Positions 18,565-28,270 of a DNA stretch of 60,723 nt are shown here, one piece after another. Position numbers and translations under genes: made by a program. This DNA comes from Candidatus Zapsychrus exili (GTDB lineage: Bacteria; Omnitrophota; Gorgyraeia; Zapsychrales; Zapsychraceae): the NCBI GenBank assembly GCA_030765585.1, contig JAVCCJ010000034.1, positions 1 to 60,723 of the forward strand, read 5' to 3'. Each line of letters begins with the position of its first letter. Position 1 is the first letter of the stretch. Below the pieces are notes generated by a model. That model was not told where the DNA came from, did no database searches, and saw only the letters and a list, made by a program, of their open reading frames with translations.

Positions 18565-19368
18565 TTAGAGCTTTTCTGTTCTTGCGACCTTCCTATTTTC
18601 AAACACAAGATATTCTTTGTAACCCGCTTCACGGGCGGCGGCGACTGCCTTATCAAAATCCATACCAACTTGTTCTGGTGTGTGCGCATCAGATCCAAAA
18701 ACAATAGGTACACCTTCGTTGCAATAAATTTTCAATTCAGGAAGGGAAGGATAGATTTCACCTATAGGCTTGCGAAGTCCAGAACTATTTATCTCAATTG
18801 CAACTCCACATTCTTTAAACACACGAGCCGTAGCATTAACCTCGCCACTTAAATCTTTTGTAGCACGATCGCCAAACTTCTTTAAAAGATCAACGTGTGC
18901 CATTATATCAAACATACCTGTCTCTGCAGATTTGCGCAGCAGCTTATGATAAGCAAAGTAAATACTATTAATATCTTGTTTATCCCATTTAGGACGCTCA
19001 TCTGGATTATCAAAACCCCAAGACTCTATAAAGTGAACAGATCCTAAAATATAATCGAAAGAATAAAGAGCAAGAAGCTCTTTTGTTTTTTCTTCGTAAT
19101 CTGGCATATAGTCAGCTTCGATTCCAATCTTAATGGAGATCTTATCTTTGTATTCTTCCTTTAAATCGCTTATCATTTTATAATAATCAAGTAACTTATC
19201 TATACCCATGGTAACGCTTGGATCTACATGAGATAGGAAGGGGGCATGGTCAGAGAATCCAACCTCTTTTAATCCTAAAGAAATTGCACGTTCTACATAA
19301 TCTTTTGGTTCTCCTGTTGCGTGTCCGCAAAGAAAAGTATGCATATGATAGTCATAAATAGGAATCAT
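18565..19368 (-). CDS. hisK: Histidinol-phosphatase, PHP family (HisJ/HisK type)
   Basis: DYHMHTFLCGHA, FSDHAP, IGIEAD, GSVH, AHVDL, EINSSG, FGSDAH; start moved to ATG 19368. Confidence 0.8.
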   Translation of the reverse strand: MIPIYDYHMHTFLCGHATGEPKDYVERAISLGLKEVGFSDHAPFLSHVDPSVTMGIDKLLDYYKMISDLKEEYKDKISIKIGIEADYMPDYEEKTKELLALYSFDYILGSVHFIESWGFDNPDERPKWDKQDINSIYFAYHKLLRKSAETGMFDIMAHVDLLKKFGDRATKDLSGEVNATARVFKECGVAIEINSSGLRKPIGEIYPSLPELKIYCNEGVPIVFGSDAHTPEQVGMDFDKAVAAAREAGYKEYLVFENRKVARTEKL

Positions 19369-19514
19369 GATTGACATTATAACATAAAAGAAAAAGAGAA
19401 GGACTCCTTTTCTTTTAAAATCCAAAATCTCAAATCCAAAAATAATGATATTCTTAAAAGTAAAGAGACAAGCGAGCCGCTACCTTTTTAAAAAAAGGAA
19501 AGCATTGGCTTTCC

Positions 19515-19543
19515 TTGACCGAATCTTTAGTCTATGCTATATT
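19515..19543 (+). promoter_or_regulatory. Putative sigma70 promoter of folE
   Basis: TTGACC-N17-TATATT with TG extended -10. Confidence 0.5.
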
Positions 19544-19557
19544 CCTCTATTACAGAA

Positions 19558-19641
19558 TGTCATTCCCGCGAAGGCGGGAATCTATTACAAAAAATTATTA
19601 ATATTTATATTTAAAGATCCCTACCTACGCAGGGATGACAA
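19558..19641. repeat. dRS3-like dyad in the folE leader
   Basis: TGTCATTCCCGCGAAGGCGGGAATCT 19558-19583 (contains ATTCCC-N8-GGGAAT) and AGATCCTCTACCTACGCAGGGATGACA 19615-19641. Confidence 0.8.
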
Positions 19642-19653
19642 GGTTAAACTATT

Positions 19654-20193
19654 ATGGAAAAATATTACGAAGATTTGATCAAATCTATTGGGGAAGACCC
19701 AAAAAGAGAAGGCTTAGTAGATACTCCTAAGCGTGCAGCAAAAGCTCTTAAGTATCTCACAAAAGGCTACGGCGAAGATTTAGATGAAGTCGTAAACAAC
19801 GCTATATTTGAATCTGACAATGATGAAATGATTATAGTAAAAGATATTGAGATGTATTCTCTTTGCGAACATCATCTGCTGCCATTCTTTGGAAAATGTC
19901 ATGTTGGATATCTTCCGAACGGAAAAATAATAGGACTTTCTAAAATATCAAGAATAGTTGATGTTTTTGCAAGACGGCTACAAGTCCAAGAAAACCTCAC
20001 AAAAGAAATAGCAGAAACAATACTTAAGTATACTAACGCTACAGGTGTAGGAGTAGTTATTGAAGCTCAACATCTATGCACAATGATGCGCGGAGTAGAA
20101 AAACAAAACTCTGTAATGAAAACATCTTGCATGCTTGGCACATTCAGAAAAAATGATTCAACTCGATCAGAATTTTTGACGTTGATAAAATGA
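19654..20193 (+). CDS. folE: GTP cyclohydrolase I
   Basis: [41 protein letters not shown]. Confidence 0.97.
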   Translation: MEKYYEDLIKSIGEDPKREGLVDTPKRAAKALKYLTKGYGEDLDEVVNNAIFESDNDEMIIVKDIEMYSLCEHHLLPFFGKCHVGYLPNGKIIGLSKISRIVDVFARRLQVQENLTKEIAETILKYTNATGVGVVIEAQHLCTMMRGVEKQNSVMKTSCMLGTFRKNDSTRSEFLTLIK

Positions 20194-20216
20194 ATTAAAA
20201 AGGTAACCCGTTAAAT

Positions 20217-20305
20217 GGGATGGGAAGCGCCCAGCCCCTACAAAATAAACGGAGATTCCTGCCTTCGCAGGAATGACAGAATAAGCGCAGGAATGACAGA
20301 ATAAG
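20217..20305. repeat. Composite: GTAG-type REP half (minus), dRS3-like half and 19-bp tandem duplication
   Basis: GGGATGGGAAGCGCCCAGCCCCTAC 20217-20241; GGAGATTCCTGCCTTCGCAGGAATGACAG 20251-20279; GCAGGAATGACAGAATAAG at 20267-20285 and 20287-20305. Confidence 0.75.
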
Positions 20306-20320
20306 AGGAATAAAATAACT

Positions 20321-20761
20321 ATGTTTGGAATTTTAATACTACTATTTACCGTATTACCCGCACTAGAACTAATACTACTTATTAGAGTAGGTGCTCAAAT
20401 TGGAGCTTTTAATACATTATTTATTATAGTGTTTACTGGTGTGCTTGGTGCTTACCTGGCAAGGTTGCAAGGTTTTGTTGTGCTTCGTAAGATACAAGAA
20501 AATTTAAGCAAAGGGATGATACCGAATGAGGATCTTTTAGATGGTCTTATGATTTTAGTTGGAGGTATAGTTCTTTTAACCCCTGGCTTTATTACAGATA
20601 TAACGGGATTCTTGCTTCTTATTCCTTTAACCAGATCAATTATAAAATTCTGGCTAAGCAAACAATTTGAAGGAATGATAAAAAGAGGCAATGCAATCAA
20701 CGTAAATTCATTTGATGGCCGACCAAACGAAACAAAAAGATTTGACGATATTGATGTGTAG
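20321..20761 (+). CDS. fxsA: FxsA family membrane protein
   Basis: P.LELILLI.VG..IG, TGVLGAYLAR.QG, GG.VLLTPGFITD..G. Confidence 0.9.
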   Translation: MFGILILLFTVLPALELILLIRVGAQIGAFNTLFIIVFTGVLGAYLARLQGFVVLRKIQENLSKGMIPNEDLLDGLMILVGGIVLLTPGFITDITGFLLLIPLTRSIIKFWLSKQFEGMIKRGNAINVNSFDGRPNETKRFDDIDV

Positions 20762-20979
20762 CGATAAGCTTCGCTTATCGCGATAAGGTGCTGCTCTTAT
20801 AATGTTATTGCCCGAAGGCAATAACGTGTTATCAAAAGCATCACCGCCCAATGTTACCTTTTGTTCCGCGGTGTTTCTTTTTTTCGGTAATTCCCAGAAG
20901 CGTGGAATTACCTCTTAGCGATAAACTTCGTTTATCGCTTACCGGAAACACCTTACAGAGATAAGCTTCGCTTATCTCT
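20760..20979. other. 220-bp multi-hairpin element with imperfect terminal inverted repeats (MITE-like or structured RNA)
   Basis: Six stems; 31-nt terminal IRs 20760-20790 / 20949-20979 (24/31 match); see findings. Confidence 0.65.
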
Positions 20980-21073
20980 TATTAAGTAAGAAGAAATATT
21001 TTTCTTGCAAAAATAAAAGATATTGCTAACATAATTCCATCTTAACAAATATAAACATTTGGAGGAAAACAAT

Positions 21074-21814
21074 ATGCAACTAAAAGACAAAATTGCTTTG
21101 ATAACAGGCTCAGCGCGCGGAATAGGAAAAGCTATTGCCGAAGGCTTTGCTAAAGAAGGAGCAACAATAATTATCTCTGATATAAACGAAGAGATGGCGC
21201 TTGAAACCTCAAAAGAGTTTATTGGCCAAGGCCTAAAAGCTGATTGCTTTGCAGCTAATGTTACAGATACAAAAAGTGTTGTAGAAATGGTCGATAAAAT
21301 TCTTGACAAATATGGACGGATTGATATATTAGTTAACAACGCAGGCATAACAAAGGATAATCTACTAGTAAGAATGGACGAAGCTCAATGGGACGCCGTT
21401 CTTAATATTAATTTAAAAGGTACCTTTGTATGCACTAAGGCAGTAATAAAAAGTATGATGAAGGCAAGAGCTGGTAAGATTGTTAATATTGCTTCGATCA
21501 TTGGAATAACAGGAAATGCAGGGCAAGCCAATTATGCTGCAAGCAAAGCAGGCATAATAGGTTTCACGAAATCAATAGCAAAAGAATTTGCTTCTCGTGG
21601 AATTACAGCTAATGCTGTAGCTCCAGGCTTTATTAAGTCAGAAATGACAGAAAAGCTAACTGACGCAGCAGCTGAAGCTATTTTTAAGAACATTCCGATG
21701 GGAACAATGGGAACACCTGATGATGTAGCTAATGTGTGTTTATTTTTAGCATCTAAAAGCGCAAATTACATCACTGGTCAAACAATAGTAGTTGACGGCG
21801 GAATGGTAATATAA
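21074..21814 (+). CDS. fabG: 3-oxoacyl-ACP reductase
   Basis: TGSARGIG, NNAGIT, YAASK; RBS GGAGG 21061-21065; upstream of acpP-fabF. Confidence 0.95.
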   Translation: MQLKDKIALITGSARGIGKAIAEGFAKEGATIIISDINEEMALETSKEFIGQGLKADCFAANVTDTKSVVEMVDKILDKYGRIDILVNNAGITKDNLLVRMDEAQWDAVLNINLKGTFVCTKAVIKSMMKARAGKIVNIASIIGITGNAGQANYAASKAGIIGFTKSIAKEFASRGITANAVAPGFIKSEMTEKLTDAAAEAIFKNIPMGTMGTPDDVANVCLFLASKSANYITGQTIVVDGGMVI

Positions 21815-21859
21815 ACACAAAGATAGAAGAAAAAGTATACCTTAAATAGGAGGAAATAA

Positions 21860-22093
21860 ATGGCAACTGAAGAAAAAATTAAATCAATCATCGCAGAACA
21901 ATTAGGCGTTAAACCAGAAGAAGTTACTCCAGAAGCATCATTCATAGATGACCTTGGTGCAGATTCTCTAGATACTGTTGAACTTATCATGGCATTAGAA
22001 GAAGAGTTCGGCGTTGAAATTCCAGATGAAGATGCTGAAAAAATGACTACTGTTGGCGATGCAGTTAAATATATCAACGAAAAAGCTGTTTAG
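21860..22093 (+). CDS. acpP: Acyl carrier protein
   Basis: [21 protein letters not shown]. Confidence 0.98.
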   Translation: MATEEKIKSIIAEQLGVKPEEVTPEASFIDDLGADSLDTVELIMALEEEFGVEIPDEDAEKMTTVGDAVKYINEKAV

Positions 22094-22123
22094 TCAACGG
22101 ATAAAACAGCGGTAAATTCTTTT

Positions 22124-22158
22124 GAATAAGGCCCCGGCAAAACGCCGAGGCCTTATTC
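22124..22158. terminator. Strong stem-loop after acpP (terminator or mRNA-stabilising hairpin)
   Basis: GAATAAGGCC-C-CGGC-AAAAC-GCCG-A-GGCCTTATTC; no clean downstream T run. Confidence 0.45.
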
Positions 22159-22301
22159 TATAAACTAATAAATTAAAAATCTCGGTTACCTCATAACAAC
22201 CGAAAAACCTAGATCTCTCAAAACAGACAAAAGCATTAATACGTTTTATGCTTTTAAATAAAACGAGAAATCAATATTTTATTGGGAGTGTGGAATAAAT
22301 T

Positions 22302-23549
22302 ATGGAAAAGAAAAGAATCGTTATAACTGGCGTTGGCGTAATATCTCCGGTAGGTACTGGAATCGAGAAATTTTGGAAATCTCTAACTGAAGGTAAGAGC
22401 GGTATAGCTAGAATAACGGATTTCGATCCATCTGAATTTACCAGTCAAATAGCTGGAGAGATTAAAGATTACGATCCTTTAGAATATTTTAATTCAAAAG
22501 AAGCTAGAAACTTAGCTAGATTTGTTCAGTACGCATGGGTTGCTGCAAAGGAAGCCGTTGAATCTGCAAACTTAGACATGGAAAAAGTGGATCCTGATCG
22601 TGTTGGTGTTATGGTAGGCTCTGGAATAGGAAGCATTGGAACATTAGAGGCAGAACATACGAAATACAAAGAACGCGGTCCTTCAAGAATTTCTCCACAT
22701 TTTATTCCAAAAATTATCATAAATGAAGCAGCAGGCCAAGTATCTATAAGAACTGGTGCAAGAGGCCCAAACACTTGTGTTGTAACAGCTTGTTCTACAG
22801 CAACTAATGCTATTGGCGATGCTATGAGATGCATTCAGGTAGGCGATGCTGATGCTATGATAGCAGGCGGAACAGAAGGCGCTACAACAGAAATGGGTGT
22901 TGGCGGATTCTGCGCAATAAAAGCTTTATCCACAGGCAGCAACGACAATCCAGAAAAAGCTTCTCGTCCGTTCGATTTAAACCGCGACGGTTTTATTATG
23001 GGAGCAGGTGCTGGTGTAGTTGTTTTAGAGTCACTAGAGCATGCCAAAAAAAGAGGGGCTCCTATAATGGCTGAAATCGTAGGTTACGGAAGAACGGCTG
23101 ATGCCTTTCATATTACCGCACCGCATCCTGAAGGAAGAGGTGGGGCAAAAGCAATGGAACTTGCAATAAAAGACGCGAATCTTACACCAAAAGATATATC
23201 ATATATAAACGCTCACGGAACTTCTACAAAGCTTAATGACAAAATAGAAACACTTGCGATCAAAACAGTCTTTGGTGACGAAGCTTACAAAACTCCTATC
23301 AGCTCAACTAAATCTATGACAGGTCATTTATTAGGAGCTGCAGGTGGAATAGAATTTGCAGCGTGTCTTCTTGCCATAAGAGACGGCATAATACCGCCTA
23401 CAATCAACCAAGAGACGTCAGATCCTGACTGCGATCTTGACTATACTCCAAATGTAGCTCGTAAAATCGATGTGTGTGTTGCAATGTCAAATTCCCTAGG
23501 ATTCGGCGGACATAACGCTAGCTTAGTTGTAAAAAAATTCCAAGAATAA
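22302..23549 (+). CDS. fabF: 3-oxoacyl-ACP synthase II
   Basis: TACST, INAHGTST, GHLLGAAG, SNSLGFGGHN. Confidence 0.96.
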   Translation: MEKKRIVITGVGVISPVGTGIEKFWKSLTEGKSGIARITDFDPSEFTSQIAGEIKDYDPLEYFNSKEARNLARFVQYAWVAAKEAVESANLDMEKVDPDRVGVMVGSGIGSIGTLEAEHTKYKERGPSRISPHFIPKIIINEAAGQVSIRTGARGPNTCVVTACSTATNAIGDAMRCIQVGDADAMIAGGTEGATTEMGVGGFCAIKALSTGSNDNPEKASRPFDLNRDGFIMGAGAGVVVLESLEHAKKRGAPIMAEIVGYGRTADAFHITAPHPEGRGGAKAMELAIKDANLTPKDISYINAHGTSTKLNDKIETLAIKTVFGDEAYKTPISSTKSMTGHLLGAAGGIEFAACLLAIRDGIIPPTINQETSDPDCDLDYTPNVARKIDVCVAMSNSLGFGGHNASLVVKKFQE

Positions 23550-23594
23550 TCGTCTATTTAATTATCCTTTAAAAACCAAAAAAGGAGTTACTTA

Positions 23595-24650
23595 ATGAAT
23601 AACTATAAGCTTGCTATTATACCTGGTGACGGAACAGGACCAGAAGTAATAAATGAAGGTTTAAAAGTGCTAGAAGCTATATCTGAGAAATGCAACTTTA
23701 AGTACGAAACTGTAAACTACGATTTTGGCGGAGAAAGATATCTAAAAACAGGTGAGGTTTTGCCTGAATCAGCAATAGGAGAATTAAAGAAATTTGATTC
23801 TATCTATCTTGGGGCAATAGGACACCCAGATGTAAAGCCTGGGATATTAGAAAAAGGCATACTGCTTAAAATACGTTTTGATTTAGACCAATATATAAAC
23901 TTACGACCTGTTCAACTTTACGATGAAAGATTTTGCCCACTTAAAAATAAGAAACCAGAAGATATAGATTTTGTAGTTGTTAGAGAGAACTCTGAAGGCC
24001 TTTATAAGGGAATGGGAGAATTCAAAGACAAAGGTACGGCTAACGAGGTTGCGACTCAAATTTCGTACAACACAAGAACTGGAGTTGAAAGATGTTTGCG
24101 CTATGCCTTTGAATATACGCAAAAATACGGAAAGAAAAAACAACTTACTCTGTGCGGTAAGACAAACGTTCTTACATATGCCTTTGACCTTTGGGAGCGA
24201 ACCTTCTATGAAGTGGCAAAAGAATACCCTGACGTTAAAACAGACTATGCTCACGTTGATGCAACAACAATGTGGTTTGTTAAAAATCCTGAGTGGTTTG
24301 ACGTCATCGTAACTGATAATATGTTTGGTGACATTATCACAGATCTAGGAGCAATGATTCAAGGTGGAATGGGAATAGCAGCCGGCGGAAATATTAACCC
24401 TAACGGCGTGTCTATGTTTGAGCCTATCGGTGGATCTGCGCCAAAATATACTGGACTAAATGTTATCAACCCTCTTGCTGCAATATGTGCTTTATCAATG
24501 CTACTAAAACAATTAGGGGAAGATACTGCAGCGGCAATGATTGAAAAATCTGCAAGATTAGTTGCTACAGACAAACTAAGAGACCTTGCAGCAAAGAAAA
24601 TGGGATTTTCAACAACTGAAGTAGGCGATTTGGTTGTTGCAAATTTATAA
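23595..24650 (+). CDS. leuB: 3-isopropylmalate dehydrogenase
   Basis: [43 protein letters not shown]. Confidence 0.85.
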   Translation: MNNYKLAIIPGDGTGPEVINEGLKVLEAISEKCNFKYETVNYDFGGERYLKTGEVLPESAIGELKKFDSIYLGAIGHPDVKPGILEKGILLKIRFDLDQYINLRPVQLYDERFCPLKNKKPEDIDFVVVRENSEGLYKGMGEFKDKGTANEVATQISYNTRTGVERCLRYAFEYTQKYGKKKQLTLCGKTNVLTYAFDLWERTFYEVAKEYPDVKTDYAHVDATTMWFVKNPEWFDVIVTDNMFGDIITDLGAMIQGGMGIAAGGNINPNGVSMFEPIGGSAPKYTGLNVINPLAAICALSMLLKQLGEDTAAAMIEKSARLVATDKLRDLAAKKMGFSTTEVGDLVVANL

Positions 24651-24652
24651 TT

Positions 24653-24725
24653 TAAGGTCTAAGGGATAAGGCTTAAGGTTTCAGCAAAAAATAAAAAAAT
24701 ACTTAAACCCTAAACCTTAAACCTA
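24653..24725. repeat. Heptamer dyad element (TAAGGNN ... CYTAAAC)
   Basis: Four TAAGGNN units 24653-24680; CTTAAACCCTAAACCTTAAACCTA 24702-24725 identical to 32792-32815. Confidence 0.75.
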
Positions 24726-24744
24726 TTGATAAAGGAATTATATC

Positions 24745-25734
24745 ATGAAAAAATACAATGTAGCTATCGTCGGATGCAGAAGTGCGGTCGGCATGGAAAT
24801 GTATAACATACTAAAGGAAAGAAATTTTCCTATAGAGAAACTTATACCTTTATCTTTTAACCCTGATAAATGTCCAGACTATGAGTTTGACGGAAAAGTC
24901 TTCAAAGCGCAAAAACTAACACACGATTGCTTTGCTGGAGTTGATATCGTTTTATCTTCACCAGGGGCTTCGGTAAGCAAAGAATACAGCCCATCAGCAG
25001 TAGCTGCAGGGGCAGTTGTGATTGATAACACATCTCAATTTAGAATGGATCCAGATGTTCCTTTAGTTGTGCCTGAAGTTAACCCAGAAGATATAAAAAA
25101 GCATAAAGGAATAATCGCAAATCCAAATTGCTCTACAATTCAAATGGTAGTTGCTTTAAAACCATTACATGATTTTGCAAAGATAAAAAGGGTTGTAGTG
25201 TCTACTTATCAGTCGGTATCTGGTGCAGGAAGCGAAGCTATGGAAGAATTAGCTGCTCAAGCTAAAGATGCTTCAGTGCCTGCCAATAAGTTTCCTTACA
25301 AAATAGCTTTTAATCTTATTCCTCAAATAGATGTCCCTATGGATAATTTATATACAAAAGAAGAAATAAAGATGGTGAACGAAACTAAAAAGATAATGCA
25401 CGATGAATCAATCAAAATTACAGCTACTTGCGTACGCGTACCTGTAATTAAAGCTCATTCTGAAGCTATAAACATTGAAACAGAAAATAAAATTACAAGA
25501 GAGAAAGCTATTGAGCTTCTTTCTGCTGCGCCAGGAATTATTGTTATCGACGATATAAACAACAAGAAATATCCAATGCCTTTAGATGCAGAGGGCAAAG
25601 ACGATACATTTGTTGGTCGTATACGCGAAGACGAGACAATAGAGAATGGTTTAGATATTTGGGTAGTGTCAGATAATCTCCGCAAAGGAGCTGCATTAAA
25701 CGCTGTTCAGATAGCAGAAGAATTAATTAAATAA
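24745..25734 (+). CDS. asd: Aspartate-semialdehyde dehydrogenase
   Basis: VIDNTSQFRM, PLVVPEVN, IANPNCST, STYQSVSGAG, DNLRKGAALNAVQIAE. Confidence 0.95.
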   Translation: MKKYNVAIVGCRSAVGMEMYNILKERNFPIEKLIPLSFNPDKCPDYEFDGKVFKAQKLTHDCFAGVDIVLSSPGASVSKEYSPSAVAAGAVVIDNTSQFRMDPDVPLVVPEVNPEDIKKHKGIIANPNCSTIQMVVALKPLHDFAKIKRVVVSTYQSVSGAGSEAMEELAAQAKDASVPANKFPYKIAFNLIPQIDVPMDNLYTKEEIKMVNETKKIMHDESIKITATCVRVPVIKAHSEAINIETENKITREKAIELLSAAPGIIVIDDINNKKYPMPLDAEGKDDTFVGRIREDETIENGLDIWVVSDNLRKGAALNAVQIAEELIK

Positions 25735-25738
25735 TAGC

Positions 25739-25817
25739 GTAGGGGCGGGCCTTGTGTCCGCCCATTAAAATTATTATCCATATCTATCGTTCGGGCGGAC
25801 ACAAGGCCCGCCCCTAC
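25739..25817. repeat. GTAG-type REP doublet (REPIN-like)
   Basis: Perfect 25-bp IR GTAGGGGCGGGCCTTGTGTCCGCCC 25739-25763 / 25793-25817. Confidence 0.85.
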
Positions 25818-25843
25818 AAATTACCTCTATATCTCTTTTTATC

Positions 25844-26587
25844 ATGCGCAACATAAAACTAACAATTGAGTACAACGGAACAAATTTCTGCGGATTTCAA
25901 ATCCAACCAAAAGGCAAACGCACCGTTCAAGGTGAAATACAAAATACCTTAAAAATAATATTCAAAAAAAACATCAAAATTATAGGTTCAGGTCGCACAG
26001 ATAGTGGAGTACATGCAACTGCTCAAGTAGCTAATTTTAAAATTAGCTCAAGTATGCCTACTAAAGAGATAATATCTGCAATAAACGCAAACATAGATAA
26101 TGACATTACAGTACTAGAAGCAGCAGATGTCAGCTTAGACTTTCATTCGCAATACAATATAAAATCAAAAACTTACAGATACACTATATTAAATAGAGCT
26201 ACTAGATGCTCTTTAGAAAAAGATTTCTGCCTGTTGCATAATCGCAAATTAAATGTAAAGCATATGAAAGATGCGGCAAAATTATTGATTGGTCAAAGAG
26301 ATTTTAAATCTTTCCAGTCATCCGACAAAACAAGAAAACCTGGTAGCACAATCAGAACAATTAAAAATATAAAAATCAAAAAAAGCGGCGACTTCATTTA
26401 CATAGATATAGAAGCTAACGGCTTTTTATACAAAATGGTGAGAAATATAGTAGGAACGCTATTAGGTGTGGGCTCGGGAAGGCTCGAGAAAGGATCAATA
26501 AGAAAAATTCTTAAGGCAAAGAATAGAAACACAGCCAGCCCTACAGCACCCGCCAAAGGACTATGCTTAATTAAAGCCGAATATTAG
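25844..26587 (+). CDS. truA: tRNA pseudouridine(38-40) synthase
   Basis: YNGTNFCGFQ, GRTDSGVHA, FLYKMVRNIVG, TAPAKGL. Confidence 0.96.
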   Translation: MRNIKLTIEYNGTNFCGFQIQPKGKRTVQGEIQNTLKIIFKKNIKIIGSGRTDSGVHATAQVANFKISSSMPTKEIISAINANIDNDITVLEAADVSLDFHSQYNIKSKTYRYTILNRATRCSLEKDFCLLHNRKLNVKHMKDAAKLLIGQRDFKSFQSSDKTRKPGSTIRTIKNIKIKKSGDFIYIDIEANGFLYKMVRNIVGTLLGVGSGRLEKGSIRKILKAKNRNTASPTAPAKGLCLIKAEY

Positions 26588-26706
26588 CACAATACTCTTT
26601 ACGAGCAAATTCTACGATTTAATCCTTTTAATGAAGCACATTATGCTCTATAATAAATTTAATAATAAATTTTGCCTTATTAAACCAAAATTAAAAATTG
26701 ATTGAT

Positions 26707-27156
26707 ATGCCACATTCCAATACTAAAAAATATGGTTTCACCTTACTTGAACTTATTATTGTTATTATCATAGTTGGTGTTTTAGCAAGTTTAGCGCTGC
26801 CAAGATTTTTCAATGTAATAAAATTCGCTAAAAGCACTGAAGCAGTAAACACATTTGGCACAATAAAACGTACTATTGATCGCTGCGCAATGATGGGCGG
26901 AATATCTATGAACTATAACCTATGTGACACTTGGGCAGAGCTAGGCATTGTAGAATCAGAGGTGGACTCATCCACCTTTAACTATACTCTTACTTATAGC
27001 GGTACTACCTATATATACTTTTACGCATATTTAATAGGTGATACATCAAACTATATTCGTTGGTATATTTATAAACCTGCTGGTACTCATCAAGGAAAAA
27101 TACGCTACATAAGAGGTTATGGAGCATTTAAACAACTTGACCAATCTAACTTTTAA
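26707..27156 (+). CDS. Type IV pilin (orphan paralog)
   Basis: Class III signal KKYG/FTLLELIIVIIIVGVLASLALP with E5; 44/54 identical to the N-terminus of the 60296 pilin. Confidence 0.85.
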   Translation: MPHSNTKKYGFTLLELIIVIIIVGVLASLALPRFFNVIKFAKSTEAVNTFGTIKRTIDRCAMMGGISMNYNLCDTWAELGIVESEVDSSTFNYTLTYSGTTYIYFYAYLIGDTSNYIRWYIYKPAGTHQGKIRYIRGYGAFKQLDQSNF

Positions 27157-27195
27157 AAAGCCAGATTCCTTCCTAAAGAATTCCAAACAAAACAT

Positions 27196-27223
27196 TTGAC
27201 ATTCCCGCTTAAGATGATATACT
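27196..27223 (+). promoter_or_regulatory. Putative sigma70 promoter of rplM-rpsI
   Basis: TTGACA-N16-TATACT with TG extended -10. Confidence 0.6.
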
Positions 27224-27299
27224 TTCCTAACATTTGACGCAAAATGAAGCGTCTGCAAAACTAGTTAAATTTCATAAAAAAGAAGAGAAAACGATAAAA

Positions 27300-27734
27300 A
27301 TGATTCAAAAAACTTACATGGCAAAATCAACTGAGGTAGAACAAAAATGCTATCTTATTGATGCAAATAATAAAGTACTGGGAAAGATTGCAGCTAAAGC
27401 GGCAACTATTCTTCGCGGTAAACATAAGGCAATTTTTACACCCCATGTAGATACTGGAGATATGGTTATAGTTATAAATTCTGAAAAAGTTAAAGTAACT
27501 GGTAACAAGCTAAAGAAAAAAGAATATCACCATTATAGTGGATATCATTCTGGGCAAAAAGTACTTACCCTAGAAGACATGCTTGCAAAAAACCCAGCAA
27601 AGGTCATTGAGCTCGCAGTAAATAGAATGATTCCATCTGGACCACTAGGAAATAGGATGCGAACAAAATTAAAAGTTTACAAAGGGGACAAACATCCTCA
27701 TCAATCACAAAAACCTATTGTCTTAGATATATAG
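27300..27734 (+). CDS. rplM: 50S ribosomal protein L13
   Basis: LRGKHK..FTPHVDTGD, YHHYSGY, HPHQSQKP; start moved to ATG 27300. Confidence 0.97.
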   Translation: MIQKTYMAKSTEVEQKCYLIDANNKVLGKIAAKAATILRGKHKAIFTPHVDTGDMVIVINSEKVKVTGNKLKKKEYHHYSGYHSGQKVLTLEDMLAKNPAKVIELAVNRMIPSGPLGNRMRTKLKVYKGDKHPHQSQKPIVLDI

Positions 27735-27750
27735 ACAGGAGAATAAAAGC

Positions 27751-28146
27751 ATGACAGAAGTTGTAAAATATGGCGCTACAGGCCGACGAAAAAGTTCAGT
27801 TGCTCGAGTAAACATTGCTCCAGGAACAGGTAATATTCGTGTAAATAAACGAACATTTGAAAACTATTTCCCTCGAGAAACAGATCGCCTAACTATATTA
27901 GAACCTTTATCTCTTACCAACACAAAAGGTAAGCTTGATATAGATGTTAAAGTAACTGGTGGTGGAAACACTGGCCAAGCAGGAGCATTTCTATTAGGTC
28001 TAGCGCGAGCTTTATCTCTTCTAGATCCAGATAATAAGAGCATACTTAAGAAAGCATCATTATTAAGACGCGATCCTAGAATGAAAGAAAGAAAGAAGCC
28101 CGGTCAGAAGGGAGCGCGTAGGAAATTTCAATGGGTTAAGAGATAG
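27751..28146 (+). CDS. rpsI: 30S ribosomal protein S9
   Basis: TGRRKSSVAR, GGGNTGQAGA, RDPRMKERKKPG..ARRKFQWVKR. Confidence 0.98.
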   Translation: MTEVVKYGATGRRKSSVARVNIAPGTGNIRVNKRTFENYFPRETDRLTILEPLSLTNTKGKLDIDVKVTGGGNTGQAGAFLLGLARALSLLDPDNKSILKKASLLRRDPRMKERKKPGQKGARRKFQWVKR

Positions 28147-28183
28147 TCTTAGACCTAAAGAAAAATTAAAATTTGATTTTAAG

Positions 28184-28229
28184 AAAACCCATCTGATCAA
28201 CATAAAAGAGTTGACGAGATGGGTTTTTT
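28184..28229 (+). terminator. Intrinsic terminator after rpsI
   Basis: AAAACCCATCT...AGATGGGTTTTTT with inner TCAAC/GTTGA stem. Confidence 0.75.
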
Positions 28230-28270
28230 ATTTTATTATAAAACTCTTATTCTTCGTCGGTATTCTTAAG

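Noticed and set aside
20267-20305. CRISPR-like repeat
   Set aside because: Only two adjacent 19-bp copies with a 1-nt spacer, derived from a REP end; no cas genes
24760-24792. Asd Rossmann loop GCRSAVG instead of GATGAVG
   Set aside because: Several positions differ, so lineage divergence cannot be told from a lesion without orthologs
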